Positions 34,467 through 35,601 of a stretch of 35,601 bases of DNA are shown piece by piece. This DNA comes from Octopus bimaculoides (Eukaryota): contig NC_069001.1 in the NCBI RefSeq assembly GCF_001194135.2, positions 21,709,297 through 21,744,897 on the forward strand, written 5' to 3'. Each line of letters opens with the position of its first letter. The stretch's first letter is position 1. Both the position numbers and the translations under genes were made by a program. The notes under the pieces were generated by a model that was not told the origin of the DNA, ran no database searches, and worked only from the letters and a program-made list of their open reading frames with translations.

Positions 34467-34810
34467 AGTGGCTGTGGTCATGCTGGAGCACCACCGTGAT
34501 TTTCTGTCTTTATGCTTTGCTCTCTTCACGTTCCTTGCATGGCTCTTCTCCTGCACCTGATATAGTCCAATCAAGAGTTTTGATGGCACATCTGGTGTAT
34601 AAGAGAATTTGACATCGCTGCCCTAAACTGTGTCTCATTTCGAGCCATTGGTTCGTCTGGTATCGTGGAGAGGAAAGCGTCGAGTTTTGTCTTGAAAACT
34701 TCCACATCCGTGTCTTGCAGGTCTCTCAAATGTTTTGGCAGGGCATTGAAGAGCTGAGGTCCTCTGAAACCGAGGCTGCTGCAGTATCTCGTCCTTACTC
34801 CTATTATTAA
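34467..34810 (-). mobile_element. CR1/L2-group-like LINE 3' end (ORF2 C-terminus plus 3' UTR), cut by a gap
   Basis: 'RYCSSLGFRGPQLFNALPKHLRDL..VEVFKTKLDAFLSTIPDEP..RAAMSNSLIHQM'. The UTR ends GGTGGTGCTCCAGCATGACCACAGCC. Confidence 0.75.
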
Positions 34811-34835
34811 TAAAGGAACCTCCATTATTATTATT

Positions 34836-35338
34836 CAGCCCAAATAGCTGATATGGTAGGACCATTTATCCTTTATGAATTAAATGATCAATTCCCTAGT
34901 GTTAGGGGTGTTTGTATAGAGACGACTGCTTGTTGTATGTTAGGAATTGCTCAAACCCGGAACTACAGAGAATTAAGGGTAGGCTGGCTAGATTTTTCAG
35001 CAGAATGGGGATGGGTATGATTTACGAAGATGATGTCTCAGTGGCAAATTTCCTAGACGTAACATTAGATATTAAGAATAAAACATATAGACCATACCAC
35101 AAACCCCTAACGAACCTACAGTATATCAATAAATCAAGTAACCATCCTAGGGCTATCATAGAGAATCTAGTTAAAAATATATATTTAAGACTCTCCAAAT
35201 TATCTGCTAACAATAGGATATTTAATAATGAAGCTAATTTCTATAATGCAGCACTAAATAAGGCAGGATATAAAGAAAGGGTCTCCTATATTGAAAATGA
35301 TAGCAACGGAATTAAAACAACTGACAACAGTAATAATG

Positions 35339-35407
<69 letters not shown>

Positions 35408-35601
35408 GGAATAAACACAAAGAAAATAAACTAAATAAACCAAGGTACCCCCATAAACACAACATAGGTAACTTAAAATTCTTTAAAAACGATATTAATA
35501 ACCACGAGGATAATAATAAGGATAATAAAATCTGGCTCATAATCCCATTTGGGAGAAATATCAGGAGTAATCTGATAGCTAAGTTTAGAGAGGTGATAGG
35601 T
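34836..35601 (+). mobile_element. Penelope-like reverse transcriptase fragment, running off the window end
   Basis: 'SAQIADMVGPFILYEL', then after a -1 frameshift near 34910 'LYRDDCLL', 'NFLDVTLDI..KTYRPYHKP..LQYINKSSNHP'. Open from 34912 to the end of the window, with an in-frame (AAT)n. Confidence 0.88.

Overview
This is AT-rich, microsatellite-dense eukaryotic (animal) DNA with seven assembly gaps. The repeat families resemble those I recall from octopus/coleoid genomes; this is inference and was not checked against a database. I find no convincing host protein-coding gene, rRNA, tRNA or CRISPR array. The window is a stack of decayed mobile elements: a Ty3/Gypsy body, an LTR with a tRNA-Ser PBS, several R4/Dong-type REL-endonuclease LINEs, RTE, Tx1/L1 and CR1-like LINE pieces, two Penelope-like coding fragments, Tc1 and Tigger/pogo DNA transposons, a TTAA-flanked MITE, a Helitron-like 5' end and two tRNA-derived SINE families. 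The most notable hidden signal is three dispersed minimal type-I hammerhead ribozyme motifs at 22811-22855 (+), 8539-8578 (-) and 31989-32042 (-). Two of them share a stem II but have different palindromic stem-III hexamers. One caps a long hairpin in a ~343-bp unit bounded by 29-bp direct repeats (Penelope pLTR- or retrozyme-like). Also notable are R4/Dong copies that split into (TAA)n-flanked and (TACA)n-tailed groups, and a SINE whose tail matches the 3' end of a CR1-like LINE in the same window.
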